Shown: piece by piece, positions 24,833-32,939 of the stretch
How positions within the stretch are numbered: position 1 is the first letter of the stretch
Layout of the letters: the number at the start of each line of letters is the position of its first letter
NCBI GenBank assembly: GCA_963749275.1
Contig: CAVVNA010000017.1
Location: 5,098-69,097 of the forward strand
Reading direction: 5' to 3'
DNA from: an uncultured Acidobacteriaceae bacterium
GTDB lineage: Bacteria > Acidobacteriota > Terriglobia > Terriglobales > Acidobacteriaceae
Length of the DNA: 64,000 nucleotides
Program-made: the position numbers and the translations under genes
The notes under the pieces: generated by a model
Told to the model about the DNA's origin: nothing
Databases searched by the model: none
What the model saw: the letters and a program-made list of their open reading frames with translations, nothing else

Positions 24833-25447
24833 TTGAAAGTATCGCGCTGGTTTGGTAAGACAATCGGTTTCGGGTTGGCGGCGAGAGCCGTTGTTTTATC
24901 CTGTGTGATTGGCACAGCGGCATGGGCTTGCGCCCAGAGTGGCGCCATGACTCCTTATCAGGGCGAATCGGACGGCGTCAGCGCTGGCGGAAAATGGCTG
25001 GAGTTTCATTCCACCGACAAGATGACGGGCGCAAAGAAGGTGCGCTTTGAGATCCAGTCCAACAACTATTTTCGCGAGGACAATGAGTACAAGCCCAGAG
25101 TGAATCTGTATTGCAATGACGGCAAGCTCAAGCTGGCGGACTTCAATCCCGGAGTCAGACTGCCTCCGCCAAACCGACCCGGCTTCTGGGGACAGCCCCA
25201 GTTGGAGGTGGAGGTCCGGGTTGACGATGTCCACTACTTCAAGGGCTGGAACTGGATGCGTTGGGGCCAAAACTATCTTTCCATGGACAAAGGCACGGCT
25301 CGGGGGATGATCGGGGCCCAGGTTTTTAACATTGCGATGCCCACCAAGAGCGGCCGGCAGATCGCGGAGTTCTCCCCCGCCGGGCTGAATCTGGATCGCG
25401 TCAAGGAAGCCTGCGATCTAACGCCGAAAAAGCCGGGCAAGGACTAA
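24833..25447 (+). CDS. secreted hypothetical protein
   Basis: TTG start 7 nt after AGGAGGAG; signal peptide 'AARAVVLSCVIGTAAWACAQ'; 204 aa. Confidence 0.6.
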   Translation: MKVSRWFGKTIGFGLAARAVVLSCVIGTAAWACAQSGAMTPYQGESDGVSAGGKWLEFHSTDKMTGAKKVRFEIQSNNYFREDNEYKPRVNLYCNDGKLKLADFNPGVRLPPPNRPGFWGQPQLEVEVRVDDVHYFKGWNWMRWGQNYLSMDKGTARGMIGAQVFNIAMPTKSGRQIAEFSPAGLNLDRVKEACDLTPKKPGKD

Positions 25448-25497
25448 GCCTAAGCCTGTCATCACCGACTTCGCAAGGCCTTACCAGGAGACGCAGC

Positions 25498-26076
25498 GTG
25501 GTGAATAAGACATTTGCACTTGTCCTATTGCTTGGGTTATTTGCGACCGCACGGCTTATGAAGGCCCAGGAGCAAGCCTCGAAACTTGAGGCGTATGGCG
25601 GCTACTACTACGCTCGCTTTAATGTAAATGCCAGTGCCGCCAGCGGCGCATCCTCGGAAACATTCAACGGCAACGGCGGCGGTGGCCAGCTCGAGTACAA
25701 CGCCAACAACTGGCTCGGTGTGGTGGGAGATATGGCCGGCTATGGTGCGACCGCCACCACAAACGGCGCCTTGGTCGGAGGAGGATTTACCTATCTTTTT
25801 GGGCCCCGAGTGAATTTCAGGCACGGCAAAGTTACGCCGTTCGCTCAGACCCTCTTCGGAGGCATTTGGACAACCAACGGGATTGGCCAATCAGGGTCCG
25901 AAAATAATTTTGCCATGACGGCGGGCGGCGGCATTGATTTCAAAGTGTCCAAGCACGTCTCCGTTCGCCCCGTACAGGCCGAGTACTTCATGACCAAAAT
26001 CCCCGACAATCTCAACAACCGCCAGAACAATTTGCGGCTTGGTGCCGGAATTGTTCTACGGCTGGGCCGAGAGTAG
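25498..26076 (+). CDS. outer membrane beta-barrel protein (OMP_b-brl / OmpA-barrel-like)
   Basis: Signal peptide 'FALVLLLGLFATARLMKAQ'; alternating aromatic/Gly strands 'GGYYYARFN', 'GGGQLEYNANNWLGVVGDMAGY', 'FAMTAGGGIDFKVSKHVSVRPVQAEYF'; aromatic-rich C-terminus. Confidence 0.75.
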   Translation: MVNKTFALVLLLGLFATARLMKAQEQASKLEAYGGYYYARFNVNASAASGASSETFNGNGGGGQLEYNANNWLGVVGDMAGYGATATTNGALVGGGFTYLFGPRVNFRHGKVTPFAQTLFGGIWTTNGIGQSGSENNFAMTAGGGIDFKVSKHVSVRPVQAEYFMTKIPDNLNNRQNNLRLGAGIVLRLGRE

Positions 26077-26159
26077 TTCGAGCGCAATCCGCCTCCCTGC
26101 ATCGCCAGCCCTTCCCGCGAATCCAATGATGGTATCGTTAGACTCGCATCGGGAGGCGC

Positions 26160-27302
26160 ATGAAGATTGGCATCACCTGTTATCCAACCTACGGCGGCAG
26201 CGGAGTTGTCGCCACTGAACTGGGGCTTGAGCTCGCTCGCCGGGGCCACGAGATTCATTTCATCTCCTATTCCCAGCCTATTCGTCTGACTGGGCCCGAA
26301 CCTAACATTCATTATCACGAGGTCGAGGTCACGCGCTATCCGCTCTTTGAATATCCTCCCTACGATCTGGCGCTGGCAACGCGCATGGCCGAGGTTTCGC
26401 AGCTCTACGAACTCGATTTGCTGCACGTGCACTATGCGATCCCGCATTCGGTAAGTGCGATGCTGGCCAAGCAGATGCTGGCGGCAACTCCGCCGAGGAA
26501 GCATCTGCCGTTTGTCACCACCCTGCACGGCACCGACATCACTCTGGTCGGGCTCGACCGCTCGTATCTTCCGATTACGCGTTTTTCCATCGAGCAGAGC
26601 GACGGCGTGACGGCGATCTCGCAATATCTGCGCAGCCGCACGCTTAAGGTTTTCGACGTCAAGAACCACATCGAAGTCATTCCGAACTTCGTGAACTGCG
26701 ACGACTATCTGCGCAAACCGGAATGGATGGAAAAGCGCAGCGAGTATGTCTCGAATGACGAGCGGCTGCTGGTGCACCTTTCCAACTTCCGCCCGGTGAA
26801 ACGCGTCCTGGATGTGATCGAAATCTTCGACCGCGTTCGCAAGAAGATTCCTTCCAAGCTGTTACTGATTGGCGACGGGCCCGATCGTTCCCAGGCGGAA
26901 TGGCTCGCGGTGCAAAAAGGCATTCATGAGCACGTGCTGTTTCTTGGGAAGCAGGATCAGGTCCGCGAGAAACTCGCCATCTCGGACGTGCTGCTGATGC
27001 CCAGCGAACTGGAAACGTTCGGACTCGCGGCACTGGAAGGGATGGCCTGTGAGGTCGTCCCCATTGCCACTCGCTCCGGAGGAGTGCCGGAACTGATCGA
27101 GCACGGTGTGACCGGATTCCTGGCCGATGTCGGCGACGTGGAAACCATGGCGCGTTACGCCATCGATCTGCTGAATGATGAATCCGCCCTGCGCGCCATG
27201 GGGAAACGGGCGCGTGCCGCCGCCCAGGAAAAATTCTGCGCCAGCAGGATCATTCCGCTTTACGAAGACTTTTACCGAAAGGTGCTGGGGCGCTCGTCAT
27301 AG
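26160..27302 (+). CDS. bshA: N-acetyl-alpha-D-glucosaminyl L-malate synthase (bacillithiol biosynthesis GT4)
   Basis: 'MKIGITCYPTYGGSGVVATELGLELARRGHEIHFISYS', 'YHEVEV..YPLFEYPPYDLALA', 'TTLHGTDITLVG', 'HLSNFRPVKRV', 'LLLIGDGPD', 'SELETFGLAALEGMAC' are colinear with Bacillus BshA as I recall it. Confidence 0.85.
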   Translation: MKIGITCYPTYGGSGVVATELGLELARRGHEIHFISYSQPIRLTGPEPNIHYHEVEVTRYPLFEYPPYDLALATRMAEVSQLYELDLLHVHYAIPHSVSAMLAKQMLAATPPRKHLPFVTTLHGTDITLVGLDRSYLPITRFSIEQSDGVTAISQYLRSRTLKVFDVKNHIEVIPNFVNCDDYLRKPEWMEKRSEYVSNDERLLVHLSNFRPVKRVLDVIEIFDRVRKKIPSKLLLIGDGPDRSQAEWLAVQKGIHEHVLFLGKQDQVREKLAISDVLLMPSELETFGLAALEGMACEVVPIATRSGGVPELIEHGVTGFLADVGDVETMARYAIDLLNDESALRAMGKRARAAAQEKFCASRIIPLYEDFYRKVLGRSS

Positions 27303-28659
27303 TCGTCATCAGCTCTTCCGGATTAGGCAGAATGGGCAGCCGCAATCGGATCAGCGTGCCGCCGCTTTCCCGGTTTTCGATCATCATCTTCGCGGCATCG
27401 CCATAGAGCACCTTCAGACGCTCGGCAACGTTGGCCATGCCGATGCCGCCGCTCCCAAAACCATCGGGCTGCTCAAGCAATTGCGCTGCCCCCATGCCGA
27501 TACCGTCGTCTTCCACTTCGACCACCAGGCGCGATTCGATCAGGCGGCTGCGCAGCGTAATGCTGCCGCCTTCGACTTTGGGAGAAAGTCCGTGCTTGAT
27601 GCAGTTTTCGACCAGCGGCTGCAGCAGCATGCTGGGAACCATGACTGCAAGAGACGCCGGATCGAGGTCCTTGACGACCTTGAGCTTGTCCCGCCCAAAG
27701 CGCACAACTTCAATGTCCAGATAATTGTCGATGAACTCCACTTCCTCACGCAGCGGGACGAATGAATCCGCACTGTGCAACAGGCGGCGAAGAATGGCAG
27801 CGAGCTTCAGGATCATCTCCCGCGCCGTGTCGGGATCGAAGCGCACTAGCGACGAAATGGAATTCAGCGTGTTAAACAGGAAGTGCGGATTGATCTGATT
27901 CTGCAATGCCACCATGCGCGCCTGCAGCAGCAACCGCTCCTGCTCTTCCAGCTTGATCTGGATGCGGACGCTATTGAAGATTTTCAGTTCCGTGCCCACC
28001 ACCATGACCACCGTCAGGTAGATCGCGCTCTCGACCAAATACCCATCCAGAGTTCCACGGGAGCCATTCACCCACAGGGCGGGGCTTTCCAGGCTGAAGA
28101 TGGAGTTCGGCCAGTAGCGCCAGATTTCCGTCTGCAGAAAACGCATGCCTACGATAGTGACGAAAAAAGCGATCTGCCAATCGAACACGCGCGGCCGCGG
28201 CAGATTGCGGCGAATCATGCGATAGAGGGTAAGGTCTATGAACGGCGAGAACGACCAGATATCTTCCTGCTCGGGCGCGACTCGGCGCAACTGCCCGGCA
28301 ATAATTCCCGCGAGCACATTCAGCGGCAAGCTGGCCCACTCTCCGTGCACTGCCGCAGGCAGCGACATCAGCGCTCCGCCCAGCCCTCCCGACAAGCGCC
28401 CGCCCACCACGCCCAGCAGCAGCGCGGTTTCCAGCGACAGGTCGCCAGCGAGGAAGCTTTTAACGCTGACACGTATCCAGACGCCGAGTGCGATCGGGAT
28501 CGCCATCCACAACGCCAGATAAATCTTGTGCCGGGTTTCGCGTTGCTCACGGAAGAGCAGACTCTTGAATTCTTTGGAGCGCACCAGCGCGCTCGACACG
28601 GCCGCAGCCACGCCCAGCTTGATCAGGAGGTTGACGAGTATCAGCCGCGGTTCCAGCAT
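27250..28659 (-). CDS. sensor histidine kinase, LytS/YehU family
   Basis: N-terminal multi-TM (5TMR-LYT-like) region, 'LQNQINPHFLFNTLNSISSLV' His-kinase box and HATPase 'LVENCIKHG..GSITL..VEDDGIGM..GGIGMANVAERL'; start taken at ATG 28659 (ORF extends to 28761); 3' end overlaps bshA by 53 nt. Confidence 0.85.
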   Translation of the reverse strand: MLEPRLILVNLLIKLGVAAAVSSALVRSKEFKSLLFREQRETRHKIYLALWMAIPIALGVWIRVSVKSFLAGDLSLETALLLGVVGGRLSGGLGGALMSLPAAVHGEWASLPLNVLAGIIAGQLRRVAPEQEDIWSFSPFIDLTLYRMIRRNLPRPRVFDWQIAFFVTIVGMRFLQTEIWRYWPNSIFSLESPALWVNGSRGTLDGYLVESAIYLTVVMVVGTELKIFNSVRIQIKLEEQERLLLQARMVALQNQINPHFLFNTLNSISSLVRFDPDTAREMILKLAAILRRLLHSADSFVPLREEVEFIDNYLDIEVVRFGRDKLKVVKDLDPASLAVMVPSMLLQPLVENCIKHGLSPKVEGGSITLRSRLIESRLVVEVEDDGIGMGAAQLLEQPDGFGSGGIGMANVAERLKVLYGDAAKMMIENRESGGTLIRLRLPILPNPEELMTTMTSAPAPFGKSLRKAE

Positions 28660-28782
28660 CAAGGTCACTTGCTGGTGGAGAGCCGGACATCCCCGCGCGG
28701 CCGCCGCGCTGCTGGACGGGCGAAAACGCCCGTCGCTCCACCGATGGCTTTCTTCCCGCAAGATGGCGCGTACGCTGCGGGA

Positions 28783-30081
28783 TCAGGCTCCGATTGTACC
28801 CGCTGCTTCGAGCAAAAGCTGCTCAACGTTGATATTCGAGCCCGCCGGAACTCCGCCCTGGGCGAAATCACGGCTTCCGCCCCCGCGCCCTCCAACCGAC
28901 GACAACACCTGCTTGAGCAGCGCGCCCATGTCAGCCGTCGAGCCGGGCGTGCCGCCGGAAGCCTGCGCGAGATTCTGCGACGAAGTTTGCGATGAAGTCT
29001 GCGCGAAAACCAGACCCGGCGGATCCACGCTGCTCGCCACCAGCGCGATAGCCGGCGTGCCCGCGCGGGTCACTTTCTGGGCAAACAGCTTAGCGAAGCC
29101 GATGTCGCGATCCGAAAACGCCCGCACCACTATCTTCCGCCCGTTCGTCTCCGCTTGATTGTGAAGCGCGGCCAAAGCCATCAGCTCGGCCAGTTGATCG
29201 AGCGCATCTTCTTTTTGCTTGCGCACCAGCTTGCTCTCTTCGACATTCTTGCGGATCTGATCCGGCACATCCCAGAGCTGCGTCGAGAAAAGTGCGGCCG
29301 CCTCACTGAGGGCGCTGTAGTCTCGCCGCGCCATGCGAACTGCGCGACCGCCGCAGACAAACTCCACTCGTGTTCCCTGCCGCACCCTTTCGCTTTTCCG
29401 AAGGACGATCGAACCGATCTGCCCGCTCGAGCTGACGTGAGTTCCGCCACACGCCGACACATCGAAATCCGCGACCTCGACCAGACGCAGTTCGTCGCGC
29501 TCCGCGGGAGGCAGTTTGCGCAGGCCGAGTCTCTCCGCTTCCGCACGGGAAACATACCGAATCCGCACCGGACGGTTCTCAAACACAACCTGATTGGCCC
29601 GCTTCTCGGCCCCGGCAATCTGCTCCGAACTTACCGACGGCGTCGCCAGATCAATCGAGCAATAGTCTTCCCCCATGTGGAACGAGACCGTCGGCATTTG
29701 GTAAAGCTCGATAAAAGCCGCCGAGAGAACATGCTGTCCGGTGTGCTGCTGCATATGGTCGCGGCGGCGTTCGGGATCGATGCTGCCATGCACTGCCGCG
29801 CCCGCGAACGGCAACCTCGGCGGCGCTTCCAGGTAGTGGACGATCCTGCCGTCTTCTGCCTCGGCAACCTCTGCGACGCGGAGGCGAGCGTCGTCTTCGC
29901 CGTGCTCGCCCAGCGTGAGCCATCCAGTGTCATGCACCTGGCCGCCGCTGGTCGGATAAAACGCGGTTTCCCGCAGGATGACCGCCGGGCGCGATTGCGC
30001 AGACGAGACGGGTGCGACATCCTCGACGACCGAATCGAATTCGTGAATTTCAGAGCTGTCGTAGTAGAGACGTTTGGTCAT
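28783..30081 (-). CDS. alanyl-tRNA editing protein (AlaX-L: tRNA_SAD + DHHA1 domains)
   Basis: 'DHMQQHTGQHVLSAAF' (HxxxH) and 'ACGGTHV' zinc motifs of the AlaRS editing domain; C-terminal 'GGRGGGSRDFAQGG' DHHA1 signature; start at ATG 30081 'MTKRLYYDS'. Confidence 0.8.
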   Translation of the reverse strand: MTKRLYYDSSEIHEFDSVVEDVAPVSSAQSRPAVILRETAFYPTSGGQVHDTGWLTLGEHGEDDARLRVAEVAEAEDGRIVHYLEAPPRLPFAGAAVHGSIDPERRRDHMQQHTGQHVLSAAFIELYQMPTVSFHMGEDYCSIDLATPSVSSEQIAGAEKRANQVVFENRPVRIRYVSRAEAERLGLRKLPPAERDELRLVEVADFDVSACGGTHVSSSGQIGSIVLRKSERVRQGTRVEFVCGGRAVRMARRDYSALSEAAALFSTQLWDVPDQIRKNVEESKLVRKQKEDALDQLAELMALAALHNQAETNGRKIVVRAFSDRDIGFAKLFAQKVTRAGTPAIALVASSVDPPGLVFAQTSSQTSSQNLAQASGGTPGSTADMGALLKQVLSSVGGRGGGSRDFAQGGVPAGSNINVEQLLLEAAGTIGA

Positions 30082-30288
30082 GACGGAAGCGGCGCGCAGC
30101 AGAAAAACAAAAGCCAGGCACCGGCGCTCCACTGCACACGAAAGAGCCCGTTACCGTTGCTTCCTTCCGGACCTGGCGGGGTTGGCGGGAAAACGTCGCG
30201 CGGAACCGATGCCTGACCCTATATCTTAGCAAGAGACCGCAGAAAACAGGAGCGGGCGCAGACTTTTCGACTATCATCAAGCCACGTT

Positions 30289-30510
30289 ATGGTTGCGTCA
30301 GAATGCACCGCCTACAAACGACTAAAGGATTGTGAGAATCGCGCGCACGCGGCTTGGACTTCCTTTCTGTACCGGAATGAAGTTAAGCCAAGGCTTTCGG
30401 AGAAAGCAAAGAGGAAGCATCAGAAAGAAGAAATGGAAGCGTATCAGCAGGCTCACAAGGCGCGCCTGGCTCACGTGAAGACGTGTCCAGCCTGTATGTC
30501 CAACATGTAG
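30289..30510 (+). CDS. hypothetical small basic protein (73 aa)
   Basis: Only ORF in the spacer; Lys/Glu-rich helix and C-terminal 'CPAC'; no SD seen. Confidence 0.3.
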   Translation: MVASECTAYKRLKDCENRAHAAWTSFLYRNEVKPRLSEKAKRKHQKEEMEAYQQAHKARLAHVKTCPACMSNM

Positions 30511-30576
30511 CTTTATCTGTGTAACTTTTTCTGGGACTTCTGCAGCCGCTGTGGTTAAATTTCTTCTCCCAAGTTT

Positions 30577-31407
30577 ATGAAAATCATTCACCTGGCGTTG
30601 CTTCTTGCCACGGCACTGACGGCCGTCGCGCAATCGAAACCCAACTATGAGATCTACGCGATCCGCTACGCGACCATACCCGACTTCCCCGTTGCAGAAC
30701 TGGTGGCGGGCGCCGAGTCGGCGCGCAAGATCGATATTGCCATGATGATCTGGCTGGTCCGCGGTAATGGCCGCAATATCCTGGTCGACTCCGGGTTCTA
30801 TCATGATCGCTTTTTCAAAGATTGGCATGTGACTGACTTTACCAAGCCATCGGACACGCTAAAGCGAGTTGGTCTGAAGCCCGAGGACATCACCGACGTC
30901 ATCATTACGCATATGCACTGGGACCACGCCGACGGCATGGATCTGTTTCCCAACGCCCGCATCTGGATTCAGAAAGATGAGCTGCAGTACTATGCCGGAG
31001 AAGCGTGGCAGTCGAAAGACACTCACGGTGGCATTGATGAAGAGGACGTGCTCACTCTGGTGAAACTGAATATGCAAGGGCGGGTGGGTCTGGTGAATGG
31101 TGATGCCCAGGAGATTATTCCCGGAGTAACCTGCTACATCGGCGGCAAACATACTTATCAATCGCAATACGTAGGCGTGCAAACTACCGCAGGAACCGTC
31201 GTGCTGGCCAGCGACAACATGTACCTCTACGAGAATCTCGAACGGCATGCGCCGATTGCAGAAACAGTTGATGCCGCATCGAATCTGCGGGCGCAAGATC
31301 GCATGAAACAAATCGCTGCCCGCCCCGGCTTCATCATTCCCGGGCACGATCCGGCGGTTTTCGCCAAGTTCCACAATCCCGTGCCTGGAGTAGCCGAAAT
31401 CCACTGA
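30577..31407 (+). CDS. secreted MBL-fold metallo-hydrolase (N-acyl-homoserine-lactonase-like)
   Basis: Signal peptide 'IIHLALLLATALTAVAQ'; 'ITHMHWDHADG' HxHxDH motif; 'GGKHTYQSQYV', 'PGHDP' downstream metal ligands. Confidence 0.8.
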   Translation: MKIIHLALLLATALTAVAQSKPNYEIYAIRYATIPDFPVAELVAGAESARKIDIAMMIWLVRGNGRNILVDSGFYHDRFFKDWHVTDFTKPSDTLKRVGLKPEDITDVIITHMHWDHADGMDLFPNARIWIQKDELQYYAGEAWQSKDTHGGIDEEDVLTLVKLNMQGRVGLVNGDAQEIIPGVTCYIGGKHTYQSQYVGVQTTAGTVVLASDNMYLYENLERHAPIAETVDAASNLRAQDRMKQIAARPGFIIPGHDPAVFAKFHNPVPGVAEIH

Positions 31408-31427
31408 CCTTACCAGGAAATCGACAC

Positions 31428-31530
31428 TGACGCCGCGGGCGACCAGCGCCGAAAGGCGGATTCATTCTAGAGCGTTTGCGACATGCCTGAAAGGCATGCC
31501 CTGATACGAATCGCCCCGCGGAGGCGGGTA
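31428..31530. repeat. REP-like composite palindrome
   Basis: Central hairpin CATGCCT-GAA-AGGCATG flanked by inverted 'GCCGCGGGCGA' / 'TCGCCCCGCGGA' arms, in the convergent spacer between the MBL hydrolase and methyltransferase genes. Confidence 0.45.
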
Positions 31531-31540
31531 TATACAATCC

Positions 31541-32251
31541 TCAGCGCACGACCAGCACTTCCCGAATAGCATCGCGCGCCAGGAAAAACTTGATCGAAGC
31601 GAAATCCCGGAAAAGGTTTTCAATGTGTCGGTTGTTGAACACGCGCTGCAGCCGCGGAGATTGCTTTTCGGACGCGGGACGGCCGGGCGGTGCGAACTTC
31701 ACCTCTTGCATCTCCAGCATGTCGGTGCCGGTCACGTGATAGCGATAGCAGGTCGAGTCCGGTCCCGCTTCGCGCGTGTGAAAGAACGCCAGCAGGTATC
31801 CGCCCGGCTTCATCAACGACCACAAGCGGTCGATGGTCGGCTTCACCAGGCTCTCTTCCATGTAATCTGGAAGATTCCAGCAGAGCACCACGTCGAACAG
31901 CGCATTCGCGTACACCAGGTTCTCATCCAGAAATTTCTTGCTGTCCAGAACCGAGTTTCCCGCGACGTCTTGAATGCGCAGCGCTGGCTCGAGTGACGAC
32001 CGCAACAAATCTTCGCTGTAGGTTTTGTGTCCCTTGCCGGTGAGAAGGCGGATGTTGTTGGCGGAGGTCGAGCCCATGTCGAGCACACACAGGCCCTCCT
32101 GCGAATTCAGCAGGCGGGAAATCTCCCCCATCCCGCTCGACCGGCGGGTCAGCTTCTGCGGTACTGCGGAACCCGCAGCCTGGTTCGAAGAGCTGCGAAA
32201 GAATTTCATTACGTTGTCAGAAACAGATGCCATAGAACAAGTGACCAGCAA
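31541..32251 (-). CDS. class I SAM-dependent methyltransferase
   Basis: Motif I 'CVLDMGSTSANNIRLL', 'FDVVLCWNLPDYM', 'LMKPGGYLLAFFH'. Confidence 0.75.
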   Translation of the reverse strand: MLVTCSMASVSDNVMKFFRSSSNQAAGSAVPQKLTRRSSGMGEISRLLNSQEGLCVLDMGSTSANNIRLLTGKGHKTYSEDLLRSSLEPALRIQDVAGNSVLDSKKFLDENLVYANALFDVVLCWNLPDYMEESLVKPTIDRLWSLMKPGGYLLAFFHTREAGPDSTCYRYHVTGTDMLEMQEVKFAPPGRPASEKQSPRLQRVFNNRHIENLFRDFASIKFFLARDAIREVLVVR

Positions 32252-32289
32252 CCAGTGCGGACGTTCGCGCGCGATCAGCCCGCCATCGC

Positions 32290-32655
32290 TTACGAAGACG
32301 CGGGCGCCGCCTTTCCGGCCTCTCTCTGAACATCAACTTTCCCTTTCAGGAAGGCGCCCTCTTCAATGGCGATGCGCAGTGTAGTCACGTCGCCGGTTAC
32401 CACCGCCGACTTTCGCAATTCCACGCGCTCGGAGGCATTCACGCTCCCATCCAACTTACCCTGAATCACCACCGTTTTCGCGCTGACGTCGGCCTTGACG
32501 TTTCCGTTCGGCCCGACCGTCAGGCTGTGGTTGCGGAGCTCTATTTTCCCGTCGACGTTGCCATCCACGTACAAGTCTTCGGAGCCCGACAGCTCTCCCT
32601 TGATTACGACCGACTTTCCGATGTGGGCGCCCTCTCCGGTCTGCGGAGCATCCAT
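32290..32655 (-). CDS. bactofilin (polymer-forming cytoskeletal protein)
   Basis: 'VVIKGELSGSEDLYVDGNVDGKIEL..LTVGPNGNVKADVSAKTVVIQGKLDGSVNA.ERVELRKSAVVTGDV' is the DUF583 beta-helix repeat pattern. Confidence 0.85.
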   Translation of the reverse strand: MDAPQTGEGAHIGKSVVIKGELSGSEDLYVDGNVDGKIELRNHSLTVGPNGNVKADVSAKTVVIQGKLDGSVNASERVELRKSAVVTGDVTTLRIAIEEGAFLKGKVDVQREAGKAAPASS

Positions 32656-32939
32656 GCTTTGGCCTCCATCTCCTCGCGCTCTATTCGCCGCGAATGAACC
32701 GATTGTAAATCATTCCGCCCGATTGCGGTCGGTCACGTAGCTGGAAATCATTCTCCATCAGGAACTTACAGCAGCCGCTGGAAGTGCGGCTTCGCTCCAA
32801 TGCAATCTCCGGTTTGCTACCATGAAGTAAGCGGGAAGAAGATTTAAGCGGGGCATACCTGCCCAGTCTCATCATGGCGATCGTCAACTCGATCTCGCGC
32901 AACTCCATGGCTCCGAGTATCGCCCACAGCATCGCCCGC

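Noticed and set aside
27883-30216. Plus-strand ORFs 27883..28995 (370 aa) and 29155..30216 (353 aa)
   Set aside because: They are antisense to the LytS kinase and AlaX genes and have an Arg/His/Gln-rich, non-protein-like composition.
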